Assembly (NCBI GenBank): GCA_043228905.1
Contig: JBHGNT010000015.1
Location: 8,866,001 to 8,930,000, forward strand
Reading direction: 5' to 3'
Source: Azolla caroliniana
Taxonomy: Eukaryota; Plantae; Polypodiophyta
DNA: 64,000 nucleotides
The notes under the pieces: model-generated
Seen by the model: only the letters and a program-made list of their open reading frames with translations
Databases searched by the model: none
Told to the model about the DNA's origin: nothing
Made by a program: the position numbers and the translations under genes
In this document: positions 50,771-64,000 of the stretch, one piece after another
Layout: every line of letters begins with the position of its first letter
Numbering within the stretch: position 1 is the stretch's first letter

Positions 50771-52729
50771 GTGGCATACCACTTCGGGTAGTCGGGACAA
50801 AAGAGCAACGAAACCGGATAATGTCTGAATTTCACGAATCCGATTGGGCTGGACATCGAGGAACATGGGCAACTTTTGTGAAAATCAAACAAAAATATTG
50901 GTGGAAGAACATGTACAAAGATATAGCAGAGTTCACGGAAAGCTGTGAGAAGTGTCAAATCTACTCCGGAGTTCGACACCGAGATGGGTTACATCCGATA
51001 TTCTCACCAACAATCAACTTCAAATGGATGGTCGATATTGTAGCCATGCCAACCGGAATCGGACAAAAGAAGTACTTGGTGGTAGCTCGGGAAGATCTCA
51101 CAAACCAAGTAGAAGGTTGGGCGATACGAAGGATAACGTGTTTTGTGGTATGCCAATTTCTTTTGGAGGAGGTGTTTTGCAGGTACGAGTGCGTAGGACA
51201 AGTGATTGCGGATCGAGGAGAACTAGACTCTGATAAAGCTAAAGAATTCTTCACCAAACATGGAGTTCGGTTAACACTAACAACGGCATACAATCCTGAG
51301 GCCAACGGGAAAATCGAACCAGGACATAGTCCGATCGTCAAAGCACTTGCCAAAGCATGCGACGGAAGGGTGAAGGATTGGCCACAGATGCTTCCGTATG
51401 CACTATAGGGGGATCAGACGACGCATAGCTCCGCAACCGGTTACATGCCGGTAGAACTCATGACCGGACAAGTACCGGTAATGCCATCGGAAAACGTGAT
51501 CGCGACATGGACAGTGCTACCGTGGAAGGAAGAGATGAGCCGGGAAGAACTACTAGCGGTCCGTATACGACAACTAGAGGGAAGACCGGAAGACATAGCG
51601 GAAGCAATACGCCGACAACAAGAAGCACGATTCCGGAATAAAAGCCAGTTCGACACAAAGCACTGACTACGACCACGGAAGATTGAAGAAGGAGATTGGG
51701 TGATTGTCTACGATAGTAGTTTGGATCATCAATATACAACGATGCGGAAGTTCGCGAAAAGGTGGTTCGGGCCATACGAGGTTCGGAAAGTTTTTGACAA
51801 CGGAACTTACCGACTATGCAAGATGGATGGAACGACGCTACGAGTGCCTATAGCTGGGAAACGGGTGAAGATTTTCAAGAAGCGGACTGAAGAAGAACCC
51901 TATGTGGTCCTAAACAAGATCGACAAGAAGGAGCAATCGGACGAAGATCGCGGTGATGCGGAAAGCAAGGGAAGTGAATTACAACTCATAGTCGACTTAA
52001 GGGGAGAATTGGAGGAAGCTTCGGATGAAGGTGAATAGGAAGCATCGGGGACTTCGGCACATACCGGAGGATGTGCGGGTTCGGAGGGGGCGAGTGTCGT
52101 AGTGTAATTCGCACACTACGTGAAAAATTACATTTTTGGTTTCTCCGGATAGGATATGGAGTACCCAGTGAGAACCGGAAGGAAGAAGGCCGGTGAGAGT
52201 CGGTGAGAAACGGACGAAGAGGACTGGTAAGGAGGATTCGGTAAGAACCGGATAAAGAAAACCGGCGAGAACCGGATGAAGCAGAACCGGCAAGAGCTGG
52301 ATGAAGAAGGCCGGCGAGAGTCAGATGAAGAGACATATTTGTAAATAGAAGAAAGTATAAAATTATATATTACATGCATAGGGCAAGATTCGAACCTTGC
52401 ACCTCCATGTTAATAATGTTAAGCCTTATCATTATACTAATGTAATATGAATTTTAAAGTTATACTAAATTTTATCCCATGTAAATATTCTAGACATGCA
52501 TGGTACAAAAAGTTATTCATGCATAGACACTGGAGTTAAAAGAAAAGATGAGATAGAAAGCTAATCATGCACATGCAGTGTGCATGAAAACTAAAGATAG
52601 GAAAAGCATGATGCTTGCATGTGATAAACTTAGACTCTTCCAACACTATATAAGGAAGAGAGAAAGATGTATAGAGGTTGTTGATTATTTTACAAGGGGT
52701 TGATTAATATAATATAATCGTGGGATCCA
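50771..52729 (+). mobile_element. Inverted block of element F: integrase, PPT and first 635 bp of 3' LTR
   Basis: GIPLRVVG..AGHRGTW..CEKCQ, AREDLTNQVEG, KRWFGPY. The LTR starts TGTCGT at 52095, and 52596-52729 is the reverse complement of 60753-60885. Confidence 0.9.
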
Positions 52730-55700
52730 CTGGTCTTTTCGGCTCCCTCCATATTAATCCATTTTTCAAGAAGAACTTTTGGACTTGCCGTTTCTTACTT
52801 CGGATCTCGGCTCTCTTCTCTTTATTGCCCGATGATTCCTCGATTTCTCGTAGCATTTTCCCGATCAACAAGCTTTCTCCCTCGTATCCTTCTTCGTGGA
52901 ATTCTTGGATTACGTCCACCCGGCATATGTGCTCCGAAGCAAAGTAGTCTTCGGAAACTTCTTCATTATCGGATTCGGTTATGTCATCTTTGAACCCCGC
53001 CCTTGATAGCATATCCGCTATAGCGTTGTCTTTTCCGGAGATGTGTCTTACCTCCGGATTAAGTGACTTAAAATATGCAATCCACCTTAGCATAGCCACA
53101 TCCGGTATAGTACAACACCGCATCATCCCGAGTATCGGAAGACAATCCGTTTCGATCACTACTTCGGCTCCGATCAAATAATCTCGATCCGATTTGATTG
53201 CCGACACGACTGCCCATAATTCTCTTTTGACTTGCGCATACCCGCGTTGCCTTTCGTTGAGAACCTTTGCTCCGAATCGGATCGGATATTGCAAACCTTC
53301 CGGATCGGCATGATTGATGACCCATCCGATTCCGGTTGGACTTGTGTCAACCGTTACTATGATCGGTTGGTCATAGTTTGGCTTCTTTAGTGCTTCTGCC
53401 CTCCGTATTGATTCTTGAGCTTCTTCACGGCTTTGGTATGCTCTAGTTTCCATTCAAACTTCTTACCCTTACGTAACAAGTGATAGAGTGGGTCTGCTAT
53501 ATGTGCATAGTGTGGAATCCATATGTGGTAGAATGTACATGCTCCAAGAAACCTTCGAACTTTGGATTGTGACTCACATAATTCTTTCATAGCTTGAATC
53601 GCGTCGATCTTGGTTGGTGACGGTCTTCGGCCGTAGGGCCCACATAGATGTCTGACTACCAATATTTCTTCTTGCCCAAATGCCGATTTCTCACCGGAAA
53701 GTGTTAGGTGCACATCTTCTAACTTTCGAAGCACTTTCTCGCAATCACGAATATGGTCGACTACGAACTTTCGGCATCCCCGATCATCCATAGTTTCATC
53801 TTTTTCTTCTACCGCGCATCCTTTCATTGGAATGTCATCTAGGAACGGCATTGTTATCTCCGGAATGTAGTCTTGAAGCACCTTGTTCATCGCATTCATC
53901 ATATGTGCGACCGAGTTCGTTGCGCCTTGTGGTAGCGTACATATCCGGACTAATCCTATCGGTGTCCGCATAGTAGTGATGTCTCAGCTCTTCACAGCTA
54001 GTTGGAATTGGTCATATCCGGAGTATAGGTCTCCGATGGAGTATATCGTGCAACCGGCAAATGCTTCCGCAAATTCTTCTACTATCGGACCGACTCCGGA
54101 GTTCCGGATCGTGACCTTGTTACTGGTTGCAAATCTTGAATAAATCGGAGTGACCCATTCTTCTTCGGAACCATAAACCATCGATTTGAGTACGGAGCAC
54201 TTGATGGCTCTAGAATCCCCATCGCCACCTTCTCCTTGAGCAAGTCGATGATTTTCGAAATATGCGCCGGTGGCACCGGAATCGGCTTCAGGTTCCACGG
54301 GACATGGTCAATCGTGAAGATCACCATCGGCTCCACTATCTTCGGGTCAGCGCATCCTATTTCTTTCGATGTAAATGCAAATGCTCTCCCCTGTCGCTCT
54401 AGCATCCCACGGAATCGTTCTTCTTCATTCTTTAATAGGAACCCACCTCCACCAATCCGAAGTTTCTTCCAGGTCTCATCCGTGAAGGCATGTCCGATAT
54501 CCATGGACTTCCGAAGTGTCGGATCCCCCGAGACTTCTTTCCTCTTTTGTTCGCTATCTGCAGGTAACGGTCCTACGACCGGTTTCGCTTTCTTCTCCAC
54601 GGTCTTGTATTTCATACTTACCATTGCTTCTTCTTTGCGGAGCGCATCCGACCCCATTTTCACAATGATCTCGTACATCTCGATCGACTCCACCGGAATT
54701 ACCCGATTTCCCTGGCTTGTATCTTCCGCGAGCTCTTCAAGCCGTTGTAGTGTGCTCCCATAGAACACTTCTTCGACTATTCCCACGGTTTCTTCGTCTT
54801 CTTTTATTATTGATGCCGACCGTAACTTATCCTCCACTTTTCGGTATTCTTTCTTCATTCCTCCGGTTACGGCCGTGTATGTGGATGTCCCATCCAGACC
54901 GATTCGTACTTGTTTTGCACCGAGAGGTTTCTTCCTGTGTCGGGTATCAGGGCTTCTCGGACTATCACTTCTCCACTTCGCAACAGTCGGCTCTAAAAAT
55001 CCATTCTTTTTTGGGACAAGAGCTCTCTCTTGTTCCTTTCATGATTTGCTGGCACGGTTAGGAATTGGGCGGATTTCCCTCCGTTTTAGTTCCGAATTCG
55101 TGCAAAAGCCGCACCGCTATCGAGCACCTTCGTCTCCATCCATGATGCCGTGATAAAGGGTTGCCCAAGGATTACGGAGTGTGAGACCTCGTCTTGTACG
55201 AAGAAATTTTGGTCGATCTCGACATCCCCAATCTTCACCGTCACATTCGGACAAGCCGCAAATAGATCTTCCGTTGCTTTAGTAGCCGCCCGGATCTTCC
55301 ATCCATGATTGGTGTTAATAGGCCACTTCCCCTTCCGGTAGAACTCTTTGGACATCAAATTGATCTCCGATCCGTGATCAATCAATGTTAGCACGGGCTC
55401 TTTGATGTTGCCGATTCAGACCGGAGTCTCCGTAGTTGCACGTGCCCAGTGTGGCTTTGTATAGTGGGAATTCAGAATCTCGTCCTCCACTTCGGTGTCG
55501 TTCATCAGAACGGTATTTGCATTCACCATCGGCGCATTTTCCTCCGTAGTTTGTCTTTTTCTTTTTACGAGATCCACAAGAAGATCATAACACTCTTTTT
55601 TTGCTATTCCGAGTAGTTCCCGAAGCGAAAAATCTACCCGGATGTCAAGGATTCTCTCCTCGAACACCTTTTCAAGTCCGTTTGTTGTTCGATGTCCGAG

Positions 55701-58700
55701 GCGAGCTTGAATGCCGGAATCGTTTTTCCTTTCCCTCTTCCGTCAGAGTTCCAGCTCTCCGGTGTTTTCGATGGTCTAGCCGCATCCTCCTTGCGTCGCC
55801 GCTTCTCGTCCACATATACCTCATGTAATTGACATAGGGCGTATACGCTATTCTTATCGACGGGGCATTCCCATCCCGTAGATTCCCGGATGCCTTCCGC
55901 GGTGCTTCGGATCTCGTTAGAGTCAGTTTTCTCGGTGTTTTCTAGCACTTCCGGCCAAAAAGACACCTTTGCTCCCGATGACTCCCCGATACATATTCCC
56001 GAGATTGTCGTGTAATTGCTCTTTGCCACTATTTCCTCCTCTAGGACCTTCTTCATGCCGCCTTTTTGGAAGTTCGGTCGGAGCGGCTTCTGAGAGTCCA
56101 TCGAATGAATCTGATTTCCCTCGTAGTAGATAAGATCCTGTCGTAGCACTTCCTTGTGCTCGTCGCAATCCCTCCGATCATGTTCGGTGCTATCGCACCA
56201 TATGCATCGACGGGCCATATACTTGGAACTTGTAGGACGGTCATCCGACTTCTTCACCATCGCGATTTTTAGATTCTCCATCTCCTTCAGCAACTGCTCC
56301 ACTGTAGTTGCGTCGATTCCCTTCTCAGTCGTAGCTTCCCGAGCCCGCGGTTGATGGTCTTCTGATCTGGATCTCGGTTTCGGAATCGGTTCCGAAACCC
56401 TCTTTTCTTCGTTGGCAAGCCATTGCCCCCTCTTTGTGTATCGCGCGACGATATCCCGCACGCTTTCCCATGTTTCGGTGAGGCCACTCTCGGTAGTCGT
56501 GTCCTCTAGAAGTAGTCCAAGGTCCTTCCGGTCCCGGACGTCTACGGCTCGTAAGAACATGATAACTTTGTCCGGTGCGAGGATAGCTTGATCTCTCACA
56601 GACAACCTCCCGAACTGACTTTTGAATGCCGAAAACACATCGAGGACCTTCATCCCCATGTCCGTCGTTTCTACCCAATCCTCGAATCCTCTCCGCGTTG
56701 CCTTGGAGGAGTCCTCGATAGCGAACGTGGTCTTTGGCGCCTCTTCAAATGCTTCCCATGTCGGATTTTGTTGTCGTAGCACGTGGATACTTGCTTGAAC
56801 CCAGTCGGTAGCTTACCGGTTGAAGGATGTCACTTGCAATCCTTCTGAAATCCCGCATCGTATCATTTCCGCCTTGTAGTCCCGAAGATAGCGCAATACG
56901 TCCTTCCCGTTGAATTGCCCGATCCGTTGCACGAGACGCTCTACTGCCGCCGCTATCTCCGACATCACACGTTGTTCTTGAAGCATCCGCTCGAACATCG
57001 CCATCATATTGTTAGCTTGTTGATTCTCCATCTCCTTGCCACACGTTTTCACATCGGGTTCACCACTTTGTGTCGTGCCTTTCGGCTCCGGATCGTTGCG
57101 TGAGTCGAGTGGGAACCGCTGGGGTTTTAAACTAGGAGGAAAGAAAATTCTAAGCCAGTTAAGAATATGAAATATATTGTAAGAAAGAAAGATATTGAAA
57201 ACTCGTGAATCCCACGAGTATAGTGTATTAGTGAGTACTCAAATTAAGAGAGAAAAATAGTTAGCAAACTCATGGATCCCACGATTATATTATATTAATC
57301 AACCCTTGTAAAATAATCAACAACCTCTATACATCTTTCTCTCTTCCTTATATAGTGTTGGAAGAGAAAAATCTACCCGGATGTCAAGGATTCTCTCCTC
57401 GAACACCTTTTTCAAGTCCGTTTGTTGTTCGATGTCCGAGGCGAGCTTGAATGCCGGAATCGTTTTTCCTTTCCCTCTTCCGTCAGAGTTCCAGCTCTCC
57501 GGTGTTTTCGATGGTCTAGCCGCATCCTCCTTGCGTCGCCGCTTCTCGTCCACATATACCTCATGTAATTGACATAGGGCGTATACGCTATTCTTATCGA
57601 CGGGGCATTCCCATCCCGTAGATTCCCGGATGCCTTCCGCGGTGCTTCGGATCTCGTTAGAGTCAGTTTTCTCGGTGTTTTCTAGCACTTCCGGCCAAAA
57701 AGACACCTTTGCTCCCGATGACTCCCCGATACATATTCCCGAGATTGTCGTGTAATTGCTCTTTGCCACTATTTCCTCCTCTAGGACCTTCTTCATGCCG
57801 CCTTTTTGGAAGTTCGGTCGGAGCGGCTTCTGAGAGTCCATCGAATGAATCTGATTTCCCTCGTAGTAGATAAGATCCTGTCGTAGCACTTCCTTGTGCT
57901 CGTCGCAATCCCTCCGATCATGTTCGGTGCTATCGCACCATATGCATCGACGGGCCATATACTTGGAACTTGTAGGACGGTCATCCGACTTCTTCACCAT
58001 CGCGATTTTTAGATTCTCCATCTCCTTCAGCAACTGCTCCACTGTAGTTGCGTCGATTCCCTTCTCAGTCGTAGCTTCCCGAGCCCGCGGTTGATGGTCT
58101 TCTGATCTGGATCTCGGTTTCGGAATCGGTTCCGAAACCCTCTTTTCTTCGTTGGCAAGCCATTGCCCCCTCTTTGTGTATCGCGCGACGATATCCCGCA
58201 CGCTTTCCCATGTTTCGGTGAGGCCACTCTCGGTAGTCGTGTCCTCTAGAAGTAGTCCAAGGTCCTTCCGGTCCCGGACGTCTACGGCTCGTAAGAACAT
58301 GATAACTTTGTCCGGTGCGAGGATAGCTTGATCTCTCACAGACAACCTCCCGAACTGACTTTCGAATGCCGAAAACACATCGAGGACCTTCATCCCCATG
58401 TCCGTCGTTTCTACCCAATCCTCGAATCCTCTCCGCGTTGCCTTGGAGGAGTCCTCGATAGCGAACGTGGTCTTTGGCGCCTCTTCAAATGCTTCCCATG
58501 TCGGATTTTGTTGTCGTAGCACGTGGATACTTGCTTGAACCCAGTCGGTAGCTTACCGGTTGAAGGATGTCACTTGCAATCCTTCTGAAATCCCGCATCG
58601 TATCATTTCCGCCTTGTAGTCCCGAAGATAGCGCAATACGTCCTTCCCGTTGAATTGCCCGATCCGTTGCACGAGACGCTCTACTGCCGCCGCTATCTCC

Positions 58701-60885
58701 GACATCACACGTTGTTCTTGAAGCATCCGCTCGAACATCGCCATCATATTGTTAGCTTGTTGATTCTCCATCTCCTTGCCACACGTTTTCACATCGGGTT
58801 CACCACTTTGTGTCGTGCCTTTCGGCTCCGGATCGTTGCGTGAGTCGAGTGGGAACCGCTGGGGTTTTAAACTAGGAGGAAAGAAAATTCTAAGCCAGTT
58901 AAGAATATGAAATATATTGTAAGAAAGAAAGATATTGAAAACTCGTGAATCCCACGAGTATAGTGTATTAGTGAGTACTCAAATTAAGAGAGAAAAATAG
59001 TTAGCAAACTCATGGATCCCACGATTATATTATATTAATCAACCCTTGTAAAATAATCAACAACCTCTATACATCTTTCTCTCTTCCTTATATAGTGTTG
59101 GAAGAGAAAAATCTACCCGGATGTCAAGGATTCTCTCCTCGAACACCTTTTTCAAGTCCGTTTGTTGTTCGATGTCCGAGGCGAGCTTGAATGCCGGAAT
59201 CGTTTTTCCTTTCCCTCTTCCGTCAGAGTTCCAGCTCTCCGGTGTTTTCGATGGTCTAGCCGCATCCTCCTTGCGTCGCCGCTTCTCGTCCACATATACC
59301 TCATGTAATTGACATAGGGCGTATACGCTATTCTTATCGACGGGGCATTCCCATCCCGTAGATTCCCGGATGCCTTCCGCGGTGCTTCGGATCTCGTTAG
59401 AGTCAGTTTTCTCGGTGTTTTCTAGCACTTCCGGCCAAAAAGACACCTTTGCTCCCGATGACTCCCCGATACATATTCCCGAGATTGTCGTGTAATTGCT
59501 CTTTGCCACTATTTCCTCCTCTAGGACCTTCTTCATGCCGCCTTTTTGGAAGTTCGGTCGGAGCGGCTTCTGAGAGTCCATCGAATGAATCTGATTTCCC
59601 TCGTAGTAGATAAGATCCTGTCGTAGCACTTCCTTGTGCTCGTCGCAATCCCTCCGATCATGTTCGGTGCTATCGCACCATATGCATCGACGGGCCATAT
59701 ACTTGGAACTTGTAGGACGGTCATCCGACTTCTTCACCATCGCGATTTTTAGATTCTCCATCTCCTTCAGCAACTGCTCCACTGTAGTTGCGTCGATTCC
59801 CTTCTCAGTCGTAGCTTCCCGAGCCCGCGGTTGATGGTCTTCTGATCTGGATCTCGGTTTCGGAATCGGTTCCGAAACCCTCTTTTCTTCGTTGGCAAGC
59901 CATTGCCCCCTCTTTGTGTATCGCGCGACGATATCCCGCACGCTTTCCCATGTTTCGGTGAGGCCACTCTCGGTAGTCGTGTCCTCTAGAAGTAGTCCAA
60001 GGTCCTTCCGGTCCCGGACGTCTACGGCTCGTAAGAACATGATAACTTTGTCCGGTGCGAGGATAGCTTGATCTCTCACAGACAACCTCCCGAACTGACT
60101 TTCGAATGCCGAAAACACATCGAGGACCTTCATCCCCATGTCCGTCGTTTCTACCCAATCCTCGAATCCTCTCCGCGTTGCCTTGGAGGAGTCCTCGATA
60201 GCGAACGTGGTCTTTGGCGCCTCTTCAAATGCTTCCCATGTCGGATTTTGTTGTCGTAGCACGTGGATACTTGCTTGAACCCAGTCGGTAGCTTACCGGT
60301 TGAAGGATGTCACTTGCAATCCTTCTGAAATCCCGCATCGTATCATTTCCGCCTTGTAGTCCCGAAGATAGCGCAATACGTCCTTCCCGTTGAATTGCCC
60401 GATCCGTTGCACGAGACGCTCTACTGCCGCCGCTATCTCCGACATCACACGTTGTTCTTGAAGCATCCGCTCGAACATCGCCATCATATTGTTAGCTTGT
60501 TGATTCTCCATCTCCTTGCCACACGTTTTCACATCGGGTTCACCACTTTGTGTCGTGCCTTTCGGCTCCGGATCGTTGCGTGAGTCGAGTGGGAACCGCT
60601 GGGGTTTTAAACTAGGAGGAAAGAAAATTCTAAGCCAGTTAAGAATATGAAATATATTGTAAGAAAGAAAGATATTGAAAACTCGTGAATCCCACGAGTA
60701 TAGTGTATTAGTGAGTACTCAAATTAAGAGAGAAAAATAGTTAGCAAACTCATGGATCCCACGATTATATTATATTAATCAACCCTTGTAAAATAATCAA
60801 CAACCTCTATACATCTTTCTCTCTTCCTTATATAGTGTTGGAAGAGTCTAAGTTTATCACATGTAAGCATCATGCTTTTCCTATC
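52730..60885 (-). mobile_element. Ty3/gypsy element F (tRNA-Trp-primed family): 5' LTR part, triplicated gag, PR, RT, RNase H
   Basis: PBS TGGTGAACCCGATGTGAA at 60545, 58805 and 57065. IDHGSEINLM, LPQGATNSV, PFLDDIP, VDTSPTGIG. The LTR is cut at 60885 by copia I. Confidence 0.94.
55628..60846 (-). repeat. Three tandem ~1740-bp copies of (TATA-R-U5)-PBS-gag
   Basis: Units are 55628-57366, 57367-59106 and 59107-60846. Units 2 and 3 look identical; unit 1 differs by a 1-nt deletion and one substitution. Confidence 0.97.
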
Positions 60886-63800
60886 TGTTAAGTAATTAGG
60901 TAATTAACTAGGGTTAATTAGAGACTAATTATATGGTTACGTTAAGCAGCGGAAGATTAGTATGATATGCATGTGAGAGTGTGTGAGAGGAAGAGAGAGA
61001 GAGAGAGGAAGTTACACTTGAACACAAAGATAAATGGGGGATGATTGACTATATTGAAAAGTGTCATCAACATACAAAAATACCCACAATGAGGTATATA
61101 TACAACCCATGTGCAAAGGTGCACATGTGTGGGTAGAACATAGGTACTATTGTGTAAGTCCTACATTAAATGTACTAAGGAGTGGAGGATCTAGAATATC
61201 CCACTTAAGTACAAGGTCCTATTTAAAGGCTTAAGGTCAACACATTAACTAGATTCGATCTAGGTAACTACTAAGTTACATGTGTTGACTAACTAGATTA
61301 AACTAGTTGAGCTTGATATCTCAACACGCCCCCTCAAGCTCAAGTGTGAGGCATCCAACGTCCGGTTTAGCTTCCTTCGGATTCGTCGGCATCGGTGCGG
61401 CTTGCGGCTTGTGGCTTTCTTCGCGGCGTTGCGTGGCTCTCGGCGGCTTTGTTGCGCAGCGTTGCGTGACTTTCTTCGCGTCTTCGCAGCTTCATTGCGT
61501 GGTTCTCCGTAACATTGTTGTGCGGCGTTGCGCGGCTTTCTTCGCAGCTTCGTTGCGCGCTTTTCTGCGGCTTTGTTCTCCCCCTCAAGCCTGTGACGAA
61601 GGCTTGGATCCTCAGGCTCTTGTTCGGCCACTACCTTCATCGTGAGGGCATAGTGATGGGCCATATACTCGTTGTAGGCGTAACGAGTAACTTGGGTCTT
61701 CGCTCGTGAGGAGCGGCGGAGTTTCTCGTTTGTCGATGTGAGTGCCTTCTTTACTCCGGGTGTCCTCATGATGGGTACACCGAACTCACTATCTAGTGAG
61801 CGAGCCGAATCATCCAAATCATGGTCGTCGGGGTGGACCTCGACTTCGTATTCGGGCATCTTACCTTTGCCTTTGTCCGATGTCGGACTTGGCTGCGACG
61901 TGTTTTCATCACGTGGAGGCTCTTGTGGGCCAATTAGGTCGGTACAGGTTGGATTGTCCTTCGGTGCAGGACTTGGCCGAGTTTCGTCGTCCGAGTTGGC
62001 GTTCAACTCTTCCTCGATCGGGTCGGATGGAGTCGCATCGGGCTTATACCAAGATGCCGATTCGCCGAAAACGACGTCACGACTTATCCGCACCGCTCGG
62101 GTCGAAGGGTTGAAGCACTTGTACGCCTTTTTCGCGGACAAGTATCCTATGAGGATACATTCTTCTGACTTCGCGTCGGGCTCCTCTCGACTTTCGTTCG
62201 GGATGCGTACATTCGCAATGCTTCCGAACACCTTGAGGTGTGAGAGGATGGGCTTCCTAACGAAGATCTCATATGGAGTAAGCTCGTGCACGCTATTTGT
62301 GGTGCATCGATTCATGAGATTGACGGTCGTGTATGCCGCTTCCGCCCAATAGAAGTTCGGCATGTGCTTCTCACGCATCATGGTGCGTGCTACCTCGAGT
62401 ATTTGCCGATTCTTTCTCTCGGCTACCCCGTTTTGTTGGGCAGTGTGTCGGCATGAGAATTCTCTACGAATGCCTTCACCTTGGAGGTAGGAGGTGAATT
62501 GGTCGGACAAGTACTCCTTTCCTCCGTTCGATCGTAGGCATCGAATGTGGCGACCGGTTTCTTTCCCCACTTGGTTTTTGAGCCTTTGAAAGTGGGAGAG
62601 CACTTCGCTCTTCTTCTTCATCAGGTATATCCACGTGTAGCGCGAGTGGTCGTTGATGAAGGTGACATAGTAGCGGTATCCACCGAGCGTCAGCATTTGA
62701 GCCGGTCCCCATACGTCCAAGTGGATTATGTCAAGGAGGCCTTTGCTTGCAGAGCTCTCCTTCGGGAATGGGAGTCAATGTTGTTTGCCGAGTTGGCATG
62801 CTTCACACACTCGATCGACTCGTTTCAATTCGAAGGCCGGAAGTCCGATTACGACTCCCTTTGATTGCATTCCGTGAAGCCGTTGGAGGTTTACGTGGCT
62901 GATTCGCTTGTGCCACAACTCGATGTTTGTCTCAGTATTGAGACCTTTGGCGTACATGGCCGATTTTACCTCGTTCGAGTCAAGGATGAACAAGCGACCG
63001 TCTCTCCGTCCCTTGGCTATGAGTCGGCCATCTTTCTCGATGAAGCAACCTTCATTGTTGAAGCGGACTTGCATGCCTTGCTCCACGATTTGGCCGACCG
63101 AGACCAAATTCTTTGTTATTGTGGGCACGTGCAAGAAATTCTTGATGCAAGTTTGCTCGCCTTCTTTCCCGAATGGGACATCGCCAATGTGCCGAATGGG
63201 ATGCGGAGTGTCGTCTCCGGTCTCTATGTAGCCGGGTCGATCCGGTGTTCGCAAGTCGCGAAACCACTCTTGGTGCAACGTCATGTGGTGCGAGGCGCCG
63301 GCCGGAGTCTACGAACCACGCATGTTTGGAGTTGGAGGTGCTTGTAGAGTTTGTGGGATCGGAGGCCATCATAGAGTTCGCTCTATGCCTCATCTCGAAG
63401 AGTCCGCCGTAGTCCGCGTATTCCACGTTCGCGGCGTAATTTGTGAGTTGCCGGCTTGTTGAAGCCGACTCGCTTCGTGTTTTTTGGCATTCCTCTTCGT
63501 GATGGCCGATTTTGCCACAATAGTTGCACGTAGGTGGCGTCGTTCGCCGACCTTGTTCGGCATGGAAGCTCCCCCTTCTTGTGGAGGTTCCTCGATGGCT
63601 TCTGTTTCCTTGCCGAAATTGTGAATTCCCTTCGTGGGATAAGTCGAATTGACCTCTTCCGCGTCGATCTCGTCTATGGGCACCATCCGTATCGGAGAAG
63701 AGCATTTTTCCTTCCAATGTGTTGGTCTTTGGTTGAACGTGGTTTTCTTCGACCAATAGCATTGATTGGAGGTTGAAGAACGAGGGAGGGGTATCTCTCG

Positions 63801-64000
63801 CCAAGATTGCCGTTCTCAACGGGTTGAATCGTTGTGCGAGGCCGCCCAAGCATACTTGTACCATCTCATCCTCGTCTATGTTGACGTTGATGGAGCCAAG
63901 AGTTGTAGTCCGTCACGGACATTTCTTTTTGTCATATGTTGTTCAACTCTTGCCAAAGTTGAAGCTTGCGTGCGGATGTGTCCGCAGCGAAAATCTTCTT
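60886..64000 (-). mobile_element. Ty1/copia element I lacking RT/RNase H; 5' part outside window
   Basis: 3' LTR 60886-61326 and PPT GAGGGGGCG. gag CNYCGKIGHHEEEC, WFVDSG, WHKRISH..CEACQ, DVWGP, QQNGVAERKNR. The ORF runs from the IN linker (EQEPE) directly into 3' sequence. Confidence 0.92.

Larger units (their letters stand above)
44212..50773 (+). mobile_element. Ty3/gypsy element E (tRNA-Trp-primed family); RT core deleted, 3' LTR truncated
   Basis: 5' LTR 44212-44853 (TGTCG...CGACA) and 3' LTR 50251-50773. gag CMWCDEVGHIRKDC, PR VDHG*EINLM, RH VDTSPTGIG, IN AGHRG..CESCQ, AREDLTNQVEG, DRGEL, KRWFGPY. Confidence 0.95.

Overview
Eukaryotic, plant-type nuclear DNA made almost entirely of nested, decayed retrotransposons. 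The element mix (Tcn1-like chromovirus, endonuclease-less Penelope-like element, RTE-X/L2-type LINE) suggests a non-seed land plant such as a fern, which is an inference. In order: the 3' end of a Tat/Athila-like gypsy with a long extra ORF (A); a tRNA-Trp-primed gypsy (B); copia fragments; one small two-exon host gene (11402-12339); an old gypsy (H) split by a chromovirus (C, TSD AAGCT) that itself contains a young copia (D, TSD GTAAG) and a Tcn1-like chromovirus (G, TSD ACTAT); a Penelope-like element with a hammerhead ribozyme; more copia fragments; a LINE; two more Trp-primed gypsies (E, and F with an inverted integrase/LTR block and a 3x 1.74-kb LTR-PBS-gag tandem); and an RT-less copia (I). 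The most interesting signals are the interstitial EN-minus PLE with its hammerhead, a conserved -1 frameshift signal between protease and RT in the Trp-primed family, antisense tRNA-type Pol III A/B boxes in three LTR families, a putative self-priming site in G, and the triplicated gag cassette. All calls were read by eye; no searches were run.
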